Assembly (NCBI GenBank): GCA_965204725.1
Contig: OZ242005.1
Location: 3,712,001 to 3,776,000 of the forward strand
Source of the DNA: Candidatus Latescibacterota bacterium
GTDB lineage: Bacteria; Latescibacterota; UBA2968; UBA8231
Direction: 5' to 3'
Length of the DNA stretch: 64,000 nucleotides
How positions within the stretch are numbered: the stretch's first letter is position 1; the number at the start of each line of letters is the position of its first letter. Positions 48,155-57,637 of this stretch are shown here, piece by piece. The notes below the pieces were generated by a model. It searched no databases and had not been told where the DNA came from. It was given only the letters and a program-made list of their open reading frames with translations. The position numbers and the translations under genes are program-made.

Positions 48155-49135
48155 CTATCCCCAGAGTTGCGGATGGGGCGGATGGAGGAGGCTGCCTTCG
48201 TAGCGCAGCCCGTGTTGCCGATCTTTTTGCAGGAGCAGGGGACCGTCGAGATCGACGAAACGGGCGCGTTGCGCCAGCAGGACCGCCGGTGCCATGGCCA
48301 GCGAGGTGGCGACCATGCAGCCGACCATCAGGTCCAATCCACACGCGCCCGCCTCGGCTGCCAAGCGCAGGGCCTCGCTGAAGCCGCCGGTCTTGTCCAG
48401 CTTGAGGTTGACGCATTCGTAGCGGGAGGCCAGCTCAGGGAGATCGGCGGTGGTGTGGCAGGATTCGTCGGCGCAGAAGGGGACCGGGTGTTCAAACTCG
48501 GCGAGCAGGGCGTCTTGGTCGGCGGGTAAAGGCTGTTCGATGAGCGCGACGCCCAAGCGAGCCAGTGCGACCGCGAGCGGCTCGACTTGGTCGGCGGACC
48601 AACCTTCGTTGGCATCGACGATCAGGGTCGAGTTTGGGGCGTTGGCGCGGATCGCGGCGACGCGGTCGAGATCGTCGCGACCGGCGAGTTTGACCTTGAG
48701 CAGCGGGCGGTTGGCGTGCAGGGCCGCGGCCCGACCCATGGCCGCTGGGTCGTCGAGCGAGAGGGTGTAGGCTGTCGCCACCGGGCGCGGTGCTACTAGG
48801 CCGGCTAGCTGGTAAGCCGGGCGGCCGCTGAGCTTGGCTTCTAGATCCCACAGGGCGCAGTCCAAGGCATTGCGGGCCGCACCGGGCGGCAGGGCGCGGT
48901 GCAATGCCGCTCGGTCGAGGTCGGCTTCCACCTGTGGGCGCAACGATTCTAACGCTTCTATGGTCCCGACCACGCTTTCGCGGTAGCGGGGATAAGGGAC
49001 GCATTCGCCGCGGCCAACGCAGCCATCGCGGCTCAATTCAACGACGACGACCTCGGCGGTAGTTTTGACGCCGCGCGAGATGGTGAAGGGCTGGGCGAGG
49101 GGAAAGTGCTCGCTGCGCACGGAGAATCGGGTCAC
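48155..49135 (-). CDS. dgcA: L-Ala-D/L-Glu epimerase family / N-acetyl-D-Glu racemase
   Basis: FTISRG, KVK, DANEGW, EQP, DES, KLDKTGG, GCM, DLDG; adjacent to a DUF1611 gene. Confidence 0.85.
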   Translation of the reverse strand: MTRFSVRSEHFPLAQPFTISRGVKTTAEVVVVELSRDGCVGRGECVPYPRYRESVVGTIEALESLRPQVEADLDRAALHRALPPGAARNALDCALWDLEAKLSGRPAYQLAGLVAPRPVATAYTLSLDDPAAMGRAAALHANRPLLKVKLAGRDDLDRVAAIRANAPNSTLIVDANEGWSADQVEPLAVALARLGVALIEQPLPADQDALLAEFEHPVPFCADESCHTTADLPELASRYECVNLKLDKTGGFSEALRLAAEAGACGLDLMVGCMVATSLAMAPAVLLAQRARFVDLDGPLLLQKDRQHGLRYEGSLLHPPHPQLWG

Positions 49136-50130
49136 AGGGCATCAACCAAGCGCGCGGCCCCTTGGCGCAGCGGATCAACGGCGGGCAGGCCGGCTTGCTG
49201 TTCTATGGTCCTGAGCAGGTCTAAGGCGTGGTTTTCCGGCAAGTGCGAGGTGTTGACTGCAATGCCAACGGTGCGGCAGGCCGGGTTGGTGAGCCGGCCG
49301 CATTGCTCGTTGAGGCGAATGCAGTCGAGCAGATCGGGGAGCCGGTATTCGGGCAGGCCGCGCATGTGGGGGCGGTTGGGATCGTGGCAGAGGACGAGCG
49401 CGTCGGGCTGGGCACCGTGCATGAGGCCCAGCGACACGCCGGCATAGGAGGCGTGGAACAGCGAGCCTTGGCCTTCAATTAGGTCCCAGTGCTCGGGGTG
49501 GTTGGCCGGGGTCAGGAGCTCGACAGCCCCAGCGAGGAAGTCGGAAACTACAGCGTCCACAGCAACGCCCGTCCCGGCGATGAAGATGCCGGTTTGGCCG
49601 GTGGCGCGAAAGGTACAGGCCATGGCTCGCGCTTGCATCTCGCGCTCAATGGCCAGCGCGGTAAACATCTTGCCGACCGAGCAGTCCGTGCCAACGGTGA
49701 GCAGGCGTTTGCCCGGGCGTTTGACGCCGGTTGCAATGGGGAAATCGCGGTCGGAAAAGCGCGCATCCACGAGGCGAGTGCCCTTTGCGCGAGCGCGGTC
49801 GGCCAAGCCGGGGATGGTGCCAAGGCGGGTGTGTAGGCCACTGGCGAGGTCGTAGCCGAGGTCAATGGCCTGCAAGAGGGTCTCGCGCCAGAGGTCGGAG
49901 ACCATGCCGCCGCGATTGACGACGCCGATGATGAGGGTGCGGGCACCGGCGGCTCGGGCTTGGGCGAGGGTTTGGTCCGGTAGGCCGAGGTCGGCGCGGC
50001 AGCCCGGAAGGCGAAGCTGACCAAGGCATTGTTCGGGACGCCAATGGGCGATGCCAACGGCCGTTTTGGCGGCTAGCTGGTCGGCAGCATCGCCGAGGAA
50101 CAACAGGTATGGGGGCGCGAGTTGGAACAT
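49132..50130 (-). CDS. dgcN: DUF1611 N-acetyltransferase (D-glutamate acetyltransferase-like)
   Basis: PYLLFLGD, AAKTA, GTDCSVGKM, ATGQTG, EGQGSL, HGAQPD. Confidence 0.88.
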   Translation of the reverse strand: MFQLAPPYLLFLGDAADQLAAKTAVGIAHWRPEQCLGQLRLPGCRADLGLPDQTLAQARAAGARTLIIGVVNRGGMVSDLWRETLLQAIDLGYDLASGLHTRLGTIPGLADRARAKGTRLVDARFSDRDFPIATGVKRPGKRLLTVGTDCSVGKMFTALAIEREMQARAMACTFRATGQTGIFIAGTGVAVDAVVSDFLAGAVELLTPANHPEHWDLIEGQGSLFHASYAGVSLGLMHGAQPDALVLCHDPNRPHMRGLPEYRLPDLLDCIRLNEQCGRLTNPACRTVGIAVNTSHLPENHALDLLRTIEQQAGLPAVDPLRQGAARLVDAL

Positions 50131-50296
50131 GGAGATAAGATAGGAATTGCGGCAAAACGCGGATAGCGCGGGGTTTCCGCAGAGTGTACCTTATTGACAA
50201 GAGCAAGGTGGATTTTCCCCGTGCCCGAGCGCATGGGGTATTCGCCTGATGCGGTTTTTCCGCACTCCATAAAATGATAACTCTTAGAAATAGACC

Positions 50297-53200
50297 ATGC
50301 TAAGCTCATCAACTGATCCCCTTGAAATACTCGCGGACGCGCTTGAGGAGAAGCGGCCGCTGGTGTTGTTCGCAGGCCAGAGTCTCGACTCGGCCCATGA
50401 TGCCATACTTGGTGCCCTCCTCGATCGCTTTGGATGCACAGATCGCAATTCGGGATGGTGCGTAGCCCTCAAGCAGGGCATAAGTGTGGACGATATGGCG
50501 TGGCTTTCTGAACGGTTTGAACGAAGTGTTCCCTCTGCCGCCGCCGCCGCTATCTTCGATGTCGCATGGAGTGCGGTGTTCACTTCATCTATAGATCCCC
50601 GGTTTGCGAGGCGTTTCGAGACCAGAGGGCGGCAGCCCGAATCCGTGCTTTCCAAAGACACCTACTCGAAGGTGCCGCGTAGCCGCTCAAGGCCGCCGAT
50701 CCACTATCTCTTTGGAAAATCCAATGAAACCGTTGAGTATGCGCGAGCACCCGGAAACCAAATTGATCTGACGCGCCGCCTTAGCCTACACGCGACGGAA
50801 TTGCTGAACCGCATTGCGGAAACCGCGACAGTGCATGGCTTGGTGGTCATAGCGGGCTACGACCCAAGCAAAGATTGGATGCAACTGGACTCGTTATTGG
50901 CCCCGCTATCTGTCCCCGTCGGCCCCAAGGTTCTATTGTTGGGCTGTCCCGGCAAACTGGACTCGATCTTCGCTGACGAAATGATCCAGCGCGGTTCGCT
51001 CACTGTGACCGAAACGACCCTTGCAAGCGCGATAAGCCAACTCGAACTCCGCGGTGTGCTCGACATTGCGGGATCCGCTGCCCCAGATAATCCGGGCATG
51101 GTGTCGCTTTCCGAGGAAACGGCACTGGACATCACGCCTGCCCTGCGGCTCCGAGTGGAAGCGTCGGCAGCTATTGTCGATGACGGATGGACGGAAGAGA
51201 TCGAACCCTTAGGCGACTTAGAACGATACGACGCATTCCGCCGCTTTCACAGTACGCTCGGTAACTTCAGATTGCTGGTGGAGGGAATATCGCGTGGATT
51301 TGCAGTAGAACGCGAGTTCGAGCAAACCCTTTGGAGGACAGTGAACGACGAGTTCGAGCGATTCGGGCAAGCTGATTCCGACAATGTGGTTATTCTGCAT
51401 GGGCAGTCGGGCACTGGAAAGAGCATCGCACTCGCACGGCTGGCTTGGAAGATTCGTCGCAAACTGCACCTGCCCGTTGTGGTCGCGACGAATCGGATAC
51501 CGAATCCCACAGACATCGAAGCATTCTGCTTGGAGGCCGAACGCTTGGGAGCGAAAGCGACGGTCTTGGTCTGCGACGCCAGCCAACCCCCACAACGCTA
51601 CGACGATTTGGCCTCTGCGCTGCGAAGTATGGGGCGCCGATTGCTCATCGTGGGCACTTGTTATCGGATGGAGGATCAAAATGGCGGCGCGTTGAATCGA
51701 CATGTCGAGTCCCCCGCCAGCGTTTCACAGGGCGAATTATCCGCGTTTGAGGAACTGTTGAACAAATTCGACCATCCCTCAACAAGCTACTACACTCAAC
51801 TCACCACTGACTCGATCTTTGCCATGCTATACCGCAGTTTGCCTTCCTCACGCGAACGCCTCACCACAGGCGTGTCATCGGAAGCGAGGGCTACCGAAAG
51901 TGTGGTACGGGATCGGGCAAGGTATGCGCCGCGGTCATCTACTGGGCTATCTCTCTTAGCGGAGCAGTTGATTAAGTCGGGCATTGCTAGTCCAACTTCG
52001 CCGTTGTTTGAGGAGGATGAAAAGCTCGCGGCTTTGGGCTTGGACGAAGCAGGACGATTGGTTGACTATGTGATGGTAGCTGGTCGGCTGGACTGTGCAG
52101 TGCCCGTTAATCTTATTTTTCGTCTGCTCGGTCAGGCAGGTGGTCTGCATCTGGATCAAATCACCTATCTCCTCGCCGACCTCGATCTGTTCCGTTGGAT
52201 AGATGACCAAGAAGGAGCGGATTTTCTGATTTCGCCACGCATACAGCTCGAGGCAGAGCTTATATGTAGGCGAAGGCTTACTCCCGAGCAGGAAATCGAC
52301 CGCCTGCTCGATCTAATCGGCAGCGTCAGATTTGGATTGGATCAAAGTGCCGAGCGTTCGTTCTTGCTCAACTTGCTGTTCATGATTCGGAATGGACCGC
52401 GCAAAGAGGCGTACCGCTCTGGTTACCTTCGGTTTGCCGACGCGCTCAAGCAGTTGCGGGAGCAGAATAGAATATCCGATCCAGACCTCGTCTTGCCCGA
52501 GTGCGTGTTCCGACGAAGAGCGGTCTCCCGGTCACAAAGCGATTACGATGCAGATAGAACTGACGACGAGCGATTGGCTATTCTGGATGAGGCTCGCGAT
52601 ACAGTCGAAAAGACGCTCCGCCAGATTGACGACGGGAAGATTTTAGTGTCCAGAAAAACAAAACAAAGCCTAATTGCAGAACGCTCGGCGATATACGGAT
52701 ACCTTGCAATTGAGCGTGCTCGATCCAGTGGCAGCGAGGACTTTTGGTCGGACTATCTCGCTGCAAGGACAGCAAGCGAGAAAGCTATTGGGCTTGGCAG
52801 AAATACCCATCCCATTGACATCGCCCTTTGGACAGCGAGCGATGTGCTCAAACTAAAAAAGGACGAAATGTCCGATGCACAACATGCGGAAGTTTTAGCC
52901 GACCTGCACGCAACCATTGATGTTGCCGATGAAGTCTTCAGGGTGAAGGGACAAAAGACAGGGATGTCGAGCGATTTACCAGAATACAGTGACCCGGACG
53001 AGGGGTTAGCCGCTTTAGATCAAAAAACGAAGTATCTCTATCGTCGAAGCCGTGTTGCAGACGTTATGGGCGACGCGAAACTGAGCGATGAGACACTTGC
53101 CGAGTTGGAAAATATCGCGCCCGCGGCAGCAACCTTCCTCATCGCAAAGCGGCAGGCGGAGCAGGTGTATATGGGCGAGCCGCCTTTCGACTACAAGATT

Positions 53201-53791
53201 CGCGGAATCGCAGCAAAAGCGGCGGACTACATATCCCGCCGCGTCAATAAAGGAATTGTGCTGGATGACCGCTGCCAACGGCTCTTGCTCAGGTTGCGGT
53301 GGGCACAGGCAACGGGCGAGCGTCTGATGTTCAATCAGCGTAGCCGTACGCCCGTGGACACGGACCTGATTTTTGAGTTGCGTAAAATCGTAAATGTTCT
53401 CAACGAACAAGCCGGGGCCGACGCCCGCAACCGGGAGCGGTTTCTCGAAGCAGTGTTATGCTGGCTGCTCAAGGATACGAACCGCGCCATCGAGATATGG
53501 CGGGCGCTGTCGCGTGATACAGAATACGAAGATCGAGCACGAGTAGTTCGGTGGCTCGTAGCGACGGACGAGAACGGTTCCCCGCGTCAATTTCGCGGGC
53601 GCGTCGAAGCGGGAAGGGAGAACAACTGGCAAGTGCGAGTAGAGGGTGTTGAAAGGCCCATCTCATTGCTAGCGCGCGATTTCCCAAACGCTGAGCTCGC
53701 CCATGGTCGAGAACTGAGAGAGTTTGGCATCGCCTTCAACTATATTGGCCCCATTGCCGATCCGCTCTCCCACCCGAGGCGCGGACGATGA
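50297..53791 (+). CDS. SIR2-like + STAND P-loop NTPase + helical/TPR-like + OB-fold protein (SAMD9/Avs-like), putative defence sensor
   Basis: LVLFAGQS / WSAVFTSSID / IHYLFG / VIAGY (degenerate SIR2); GQSGTGKS Walker A (about 51401); VLVCD Walker B; C-terminal FGIAFNYIGPIAD. Confidence 0.75.
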   Translation: MLSSSTDPLEILADALEEKRPLVLFAGQSLDSAHDAILGALLDRFGCTDRNSGWCVALKQGISVDDMAWLSERFERSVPSAAAAAIFDVAWSAVFTSSIDPRFARRFETRGRQPESVLSKDTYSKVPRSRSRPPIHYLFGKSNETVEYARAPGNQIDLTRRLSLHATELLNRIAETATVHGLVVIAGYDPSKDWMQLDSLLAPLSVPVGPKVLLLGCPGKLDSIFADEMIQRGSLTVTETTLASAISQLELRGVLDIAGSAAPDNPGMVSLSEETALDITPALRLRVEASAAIVDDGWTEEIEPLGDLERYDAFRRFHSTLGNFRLLVEGISRGFAVEREFEQTLWRTVNDEFERFGQADSDNVVILHGQSGTGKSIALARLAWKIRRKLHLPVVVATNRIPNPTDIEAFCLEAERLGAKATVLVCDASQPPQRYDDLASALRSMGRRLLIVGTCYRMEDQNGGALNRHVESPASVSQGELSAFEELLNKFDHPSTSYYTQLTTDSIFAMLYRSLPSSRERLTTGVSSEARATESVVRDRARYAPRSSTGLSLLAEQLIKSGIASPTSPLFEEDEKLAALGLDEAGRLVDYVMVAGRLDCAVPVNLIFRLLGQAGGLHLDQITYLLADLDLFRWIDDQEGADFLISPRIQLEAELICRRRLTPEQEIDRLLDLIGSVRFGLDQSAERSFLLNLLFMIRNGPRKEAYRSGYLRFADALKQLREQNRISDPDLVLPECVFRRRAVSRSQSDYDADRTDDERLAILDEARDTVEKTLRQIDDGKILVSRKTKQSLIAERSAIYGYLAIERARSSGSEDFWSDYLAARTASEKAIGLGRNTHPIDIALWTASDVLKLKKDEMSDAQHAEVLADLHATIDVADEVFRVKGQKTGMSSDLPEYSDPDEGLAALDQKTKYLYRRSRVADVMGDAKLSDETLAELENIAPAAATFLIAKRQAEQVYMGEPPFDYKIRGIAAKAADYISRRVNKGIVLDDRCQRLLLRLRWAQATGERLMFNQRSRTPVDTDLIFELRKIVNVLNEQAGADARNRERFLEAVLCWLLKDTNRAIEIWRALSRDTEYEDRARVVRWLVATDENGSPRQFRGRVEAGRENNWQVRVEGVERPISLLARDFPNAELAHGRELREFGIAFNYIGPIADPLSHPRRGR

Positions 53792-54687
53792 CGCCGATCG
53801 ATCTCAGCAACCTGTATCAAACACTTCGCACTCGTGTCTCTATCCACTGCCCGAACAGTTGTGCCGAAATCTCCCTGCGGTTGCCATCCAACTTCGGCGA
53901 TGAGTTGGCGTTCTATCGGCTGGTCAATTGGGGCTATGTTCTCGTCCAAGAGTCAGCAAAAATTCCGCTTGCCTTTCTCACCAACCTGCCGCCCCTGAAG
54001 GCGGACAATTCGTTCCGAAAGGAAGTTTCTCGCCTGCGAACCTATGTGGCCCACAATCTCGATACAAAAAGCACGAGAGATCAGAAAACGTATGCCTTCG
54101 TTCATCGTTGGTTCAAGGAGGCGTGTGGGCGCGGAACTCCAGACAGCGTCGCCCATTACGGGGATTGCTGTGCTTACCTTGCTAGCAGGCTTCAAGAAGT
54201 GCTCAATGGCGCGATTGAAGCATGCGACCTGCTCGACGCCCCAGAGGATGGGCCAAGGCTCGTTGCCGATCTCAAGGGCCGCATTGACCTCGTTTGGGAG
54301 GCGCATCGCTTCGATCCAATAGTTGCAAAGTGTGCCGCTCGGTTGGGCAATCCGGGGCTCGATCTGCTGGCGATCCGATCAAGGCACCTTGAGAAGTGGC
54401 GCGATGTGTTGGCCCAAGCCGACGAGAACGAACGCGAGCGCGTCCTCGAACAGCGAATTGAATCCGATCTACTGCAAGCCATCGGCGACGCCCTGCCGCT
54501 AATCATACGTGAAAACTTGCAACGGGTTGCGGCGAACATCCATGCGACCGTCGCCGCATTGCTCTTGTTGCGCGAGGCCCGACGCATTGGTGCTATGACA
54601 CTGCCGCAGATTATTGAGTTTGTAAGCCGGCAAGTCTTGGGGCGGGATAATTCCCAAGGCGACGCGGAGCTTGTTGATGCTCGCTGA
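53788..54687 (+). CDS. Hypothetical helical protein with an Rx4H (HEPN-like) motif
   Basis: ATGA overlap with the NTPase gene; LRTYVAHN at about 54034-54057. Confidence 0.55.
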   Translation: MTPIDLSNLYQTLRTRVSIHCPNSCAEISLRLPSNFGDELAFYRLVNWGYVLVQESAKIPLAFLTNLPPLKADNSFRKEVSRLRTYVAHNLDTKSTRDQKTYAFVHRWFKEACGRGTPDSVAHYGDCCAYLASRLQEVLNGAIEACDLLDAPEDGPRLVADLKGRIDLVWEAHRFDPIVAKCAARLGNPGLDLLAIRSRHLEKWRDVLAQADENERERVLEQRIESDLLQAIGDALPLIIRENLQRVAANIHATVAALLLLREARRIGAMTLPQIIEFVSRQVLGRDNSQGDAELVDAR

Positions 54688-54784
54688 TCCTCCCACGGCG
54701 AGACAGGGCCAAGTAGAGCTTTAATCAATTCTCAGATAATTTAGTTTCAACTTGTCAGTTAAAAAGATCTTTGTCTTAATTAAA

Positions 54785-54973
54785 GTACACTTTTTCGCAC
54801 TTTTAGATGTACATACAAGTATGTGCTTTTCTCGGGATTCGCCGAACTAGCGTATTATTAGTGAGTTATACGTTAGCAGGTTCCACGCGCTCGCAGGTTC
54901 ATGGAGAAATCCTACAATTATGAGCCAACTAAACCGTCGGCTAGAGTACTTAATTTAGTACCATATAAGGTAC
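54785..54973 (+). promoter_or_regulatory. AT-rich promoter region with GTAC boxes at 12-bp spacing (probable Phd/YefM operator)
   Basis: GTAC at 54946, 54958, 54970; GTAC/GCAC/GTAC at 54785, 54797, 54809. Confidence 0.55.
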
Positions 54974-54985
54974 AAAAGAGGAAAT

Positions 54986-55243
54986 ATGATCCAATCCATG
55001 CCCATTGCCGAAGCTCGCAAAGTCCTGAATCAACTACCCGATCGCTTCGTCGCCGAACCCGAAGCAAGTGCTCTCGCCGTAACGCGCCGCGGTCAGCCGG
55101 TACTCGCGCTGATGCCGTGGTCGCTTTATCAGGGCATTGTCGAAACCTTAGAGGTACTCGGGGACGAGGCCCAGTGTGCTGCGTTGCGCGAAGGCATCCG
55201 CCAGATTGAGGCGGGCGAGCGCACCGTTTGGGAGGTGCAGTAA
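54986..55243 (+). CDS. Phd/YefM family antitoxin
   Basis: MPIAEARKVL...VTRRGQPVLALMP...YQGIVETLEVL. Confidence 0.9.
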   Translation: MIQSMPIAEARKVLNQLPDRFVAEPEASALAVTRRGQPVLALMPWSLYQGIVETLEVLGDEAQCAALREGIRQIEAGERTVWEVQ

Positions 55244-55274
55244 GCCACCGCCCGCTGAAGGGAGGAGTTGTGCT

Positions 55275-55592
55275 ATGAGATTCCGCGTCGTCTTGGCGCA
55301 GTGCGCCTTAGAGTCGCTGCAAGGTCTGCTCAACCGGCGGATTGCCGAGCAGGTTGACCAATACATCACAGGGCTAGCCAGCGATCCCGAGGAACAGGGC
55401 TGGCCCTTGGTCGGCGAGTTAAAGGGCTATCGCTGCCTGCGTCCGCCGGGAGGCTGGTTCCGCATTGTCTATCGGATAGGGCTGGGTGAGGTCGAGGTGG
55501 TACTGGTGTCGGTAGGGCAGAGCCATTCGGCAGGCGAGCGAGACGTGCGCACCTTGGCGCGGACGCTATTTAGCGAGCGGTTGCTGCGCTAA
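55275..55592 (+). CDS. RelE/ParE family toxin
   Basis: ggagg RBS; LASDPEEQGWPLVGELKGYRCLR...FRIVY...VSVG. Confidence 0.85.
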   Translation: MRFRVVLAQCALESLQGLLNRRIAEQVDQYITGLASDPEEQGWPLVGELKGYRCLRPPGGWFRIVYRIGLGEVEVVLVSVGQSHSAGERDVRTLARTLFSERLLR

Positions 55593-55723
55593 GCGAGGGC
55601 TTCCCCGCCCTTGGGGGTGCTTCATTCATTGAACCTGTGAAGCTATCTGAATACATGATAAATGCGTATATTAAGTGCGCTCAAGTGATGGCCCAAAAAT
55701 AAAGCGAGTTAAGGAGGCATGAC

Positions 55724-56890
55724 ATGCGCTGTACGCTGTATCTCACCTTGCTATGCACTTATGTCGTTTGCGACTGGGCTTACGCCGAAAGGGAAATCAG
55801 CCTAAGTGGCCAGATCCGGCCGCGCTACGAATTCCGCGAGCCGCTCCGCGACGGCACCGAGGCTACCGAGGCTTTTACCTCAATGCGGGTACGCGCCCAG
55901 CTAAGTGCTGCGCTCGCTGGCGATGTTGACGCGATGATTCAGTTCCAAGATGTGCGCTTCTTCGGCGAGGAGCAGAATACCTTAACCGATTACAACGCCG
56001 ACAACTTCGACGTGCATCAGGCCTATATTCACCTCAGACAGCTCGGCGGCAGCCGCCACGCGCTCAAGATCGGGCGTCAAGCCGTTGCCTTCGGCGGCCA
56101 GCGCCTGATCGGGGCCGTTGAATGGACCCAGCAAGGCCGGGTTTTCGACGGGCTGCGATTGTCGCTCGCGCCGTCTTGGGGCAAGGTGGATGTAGTGGCA
56201 ATCCAGCTAGCCGAAGCGAAGTCGGCGCAGTTTTCCGACGACGCCTATTTGGCCGGTATCTATGCGACGTCGGGGGACTTGGACATGTTCGGGCTCTACG
56301 ACAGAGCGTCTGGTGCGCCGACTACCGACCGAGCTACGCTCGGTTTGCGTCTGGCGGGGCAGAGAGCGGCCTACACGTACCGCTTGGAAGGTTCGTATCA
56401 GACCGGTACGCACCGCGGCGAGGATGTGGCGGCGTTTATGTTCGGTGGTCGGGTCGGCCGCCCCTTTGGCCGCCTGAAGCTGGACCTGTGGTACGATTAC
56501 CTGTCCGGCGATAGCAACCCAAATGACGGCGAAACCAAGGTCTTTGACACGCTCTTTGCCACGAATCACAAGTTCTACGGTTTCGCCGACCGCTTTCTCA
56601 ATATCCCAGAACACACCAAGGGATTGGGCCTACAGGACTTCGCGCTCAAAGGCTCCGTGCCGCTGAGTACCCGCACCTCGCTGGCCGTACACGGGCACTC
56701 GTTTTTCACGGCCGCAAAAGGCGAGCACTTGTGCGAGGAGGTCGATTTGACGCTGAGCTATCAGTATCGGCCAAACGTCGCCGTAGTAGGTGGGCTATCG
56801 CAGGTCGTCTCCGACGAGGCCATGGAGGAGGTAAACGGATTGAAGGGCAACATGACTTTTGCGTTTCTACTAACCAACGCGACCTTCTGA
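55724..56890 (+). CDS. Alginate export (AlgE-like) outer-membrane beta-barrel protein
   Basis: Signal peptide; QIRPRYE, DVHQAY, KIGRQ..FG.QRLIG..W, YLSGD, TNHKFYG; C-terminal Phe. Confidence 0.85.
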   Translation: MRCTLYLTLLCTYVVCDWAYAEREISLSGQIRPRYEFREPLRDGTEATEAFTSMRVRAQLSAALAGDVDAMIQFQDVRFFGEEQNTLTDYNADNFDVHQAYIHLRQLGGSRHALKIGRQAVAFGGQRLIGAVEWTQQGRVFDGLRLSLAPSWGKVDVVAIQLAEAKSAQFSDDAYLAGIYATSGDLDMFGLYDRASGAPTTDRATLGLRLAGQRAAYTYRLEGSYQTGTHRGEDVAAFMFGGRVGRPFGRLKLDLWYDYLSGDSNPNDGETKVFDTLFATNHKFYGFADRFLNIPEHTKGLGLQDFALKGSVPLSTRTSLAVHGHSFFTAAKGEHLCEEVDLTLSYQYRPNVAVVGGLSQVVSDEAMEEVNGLKGNMTFAFLLTNATF

Positions 56891-56979
56891 CAATAAGTGC
56901 AGCAAGGGGCGCGAGGCCGACAACGCTTGTGCGGTGTCTAGCCTATTAACAACACACTCATGGAGAGGAGCAGTTCATT

Positions 56980-57567
56980 ATGCAGAAGAGCAAGTTCATT
57001 GCGCGTTTTGTGTGCGTACTAGGGCTGGCGGTCTTGTTTTGCAGCTCGGGGCCGACCTTTGCCCAAGACGACGAGATAACGGCTAGCGACGTGGTGGATC
57101 GGGCTACTTTGGAAGCCTTTGTCCTGAGAGCTAAGGGAGTGGTGGAGAGCTTTACCTCCCTTGCAGAGGCGTTGGGGTCTTTTGGGACCTTCAGGGAAGA
57201 AGGCGAGTGGAACAAAGGCCCGATCTATCTTTACGTTTTTACCGTTGAAGGGGTCGGCATCTTTCACGGCGAGGATCAAAGTCTCGAGGGCCAAAACCTA
57301 ATCGATCTCGAGGATGCCAACGGCGTCAAAATCCTGCAAGAGCTCATCAGCGCGGCCGCCGATGGGGGTGGTTTTGTCGAGTATCTTTGGGACAATCCGG
57401 TCGTAGATGGCGATGAAGAAAACGGCTCGCTTAAAGTGGGCTATGCCGCTCCGCTCAACGTCTTTGGGCAAGAGCTCATAATTGGTTCGGGCTTTTATCC
57501 GGCCCCCGATGCGATGACGTCGGTTGAGCACACTGCTTGGGGCCAGCTAAAAAGCAGTTTTAGATAG
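56980..57567 (+). CDS. Secreted stand-alone Cache domain protein with a C-terminal WGQLK motif
   Basis: Signal peptide; YLYVF...HG...GQNLIDLEDANG...GGGFVEYLW..P...K..Y; tail TSVEHTAWGQLKSSFR. Confidence 0.82.
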   Translation: MQKSKFIARFVCVLGLAVLFCSSGPTFAQDDEITASDVVDRATLEAFVLRAKGVVESFTSLAEALGSFGTFREEGEWNKGPIYLYVFTVEGVGIFHGEDQSLEGQNLIDLEDANGVKILQELISAAADGGGFVEYLWDNPVVDGDEENGSLKVGYAAPLNVFGQELIIGSGFYPAPDAMTSVEHTAWGQLKSSFR

Positions 57568-57637
57568 AGACAACGCCGAGGCGGGGCCATAGGACACCCG
57601 CGGCCAGCCTTCCAAGGGTCGAGGGCATCTTGCCCTC

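Noticed and set aside
50297-51000. Active SIR2 NADase (Thoeris/DSR-like) call
   Set aside because: The catalytic Asn and His motifs are substituted, and no ThsB-like partner is present.
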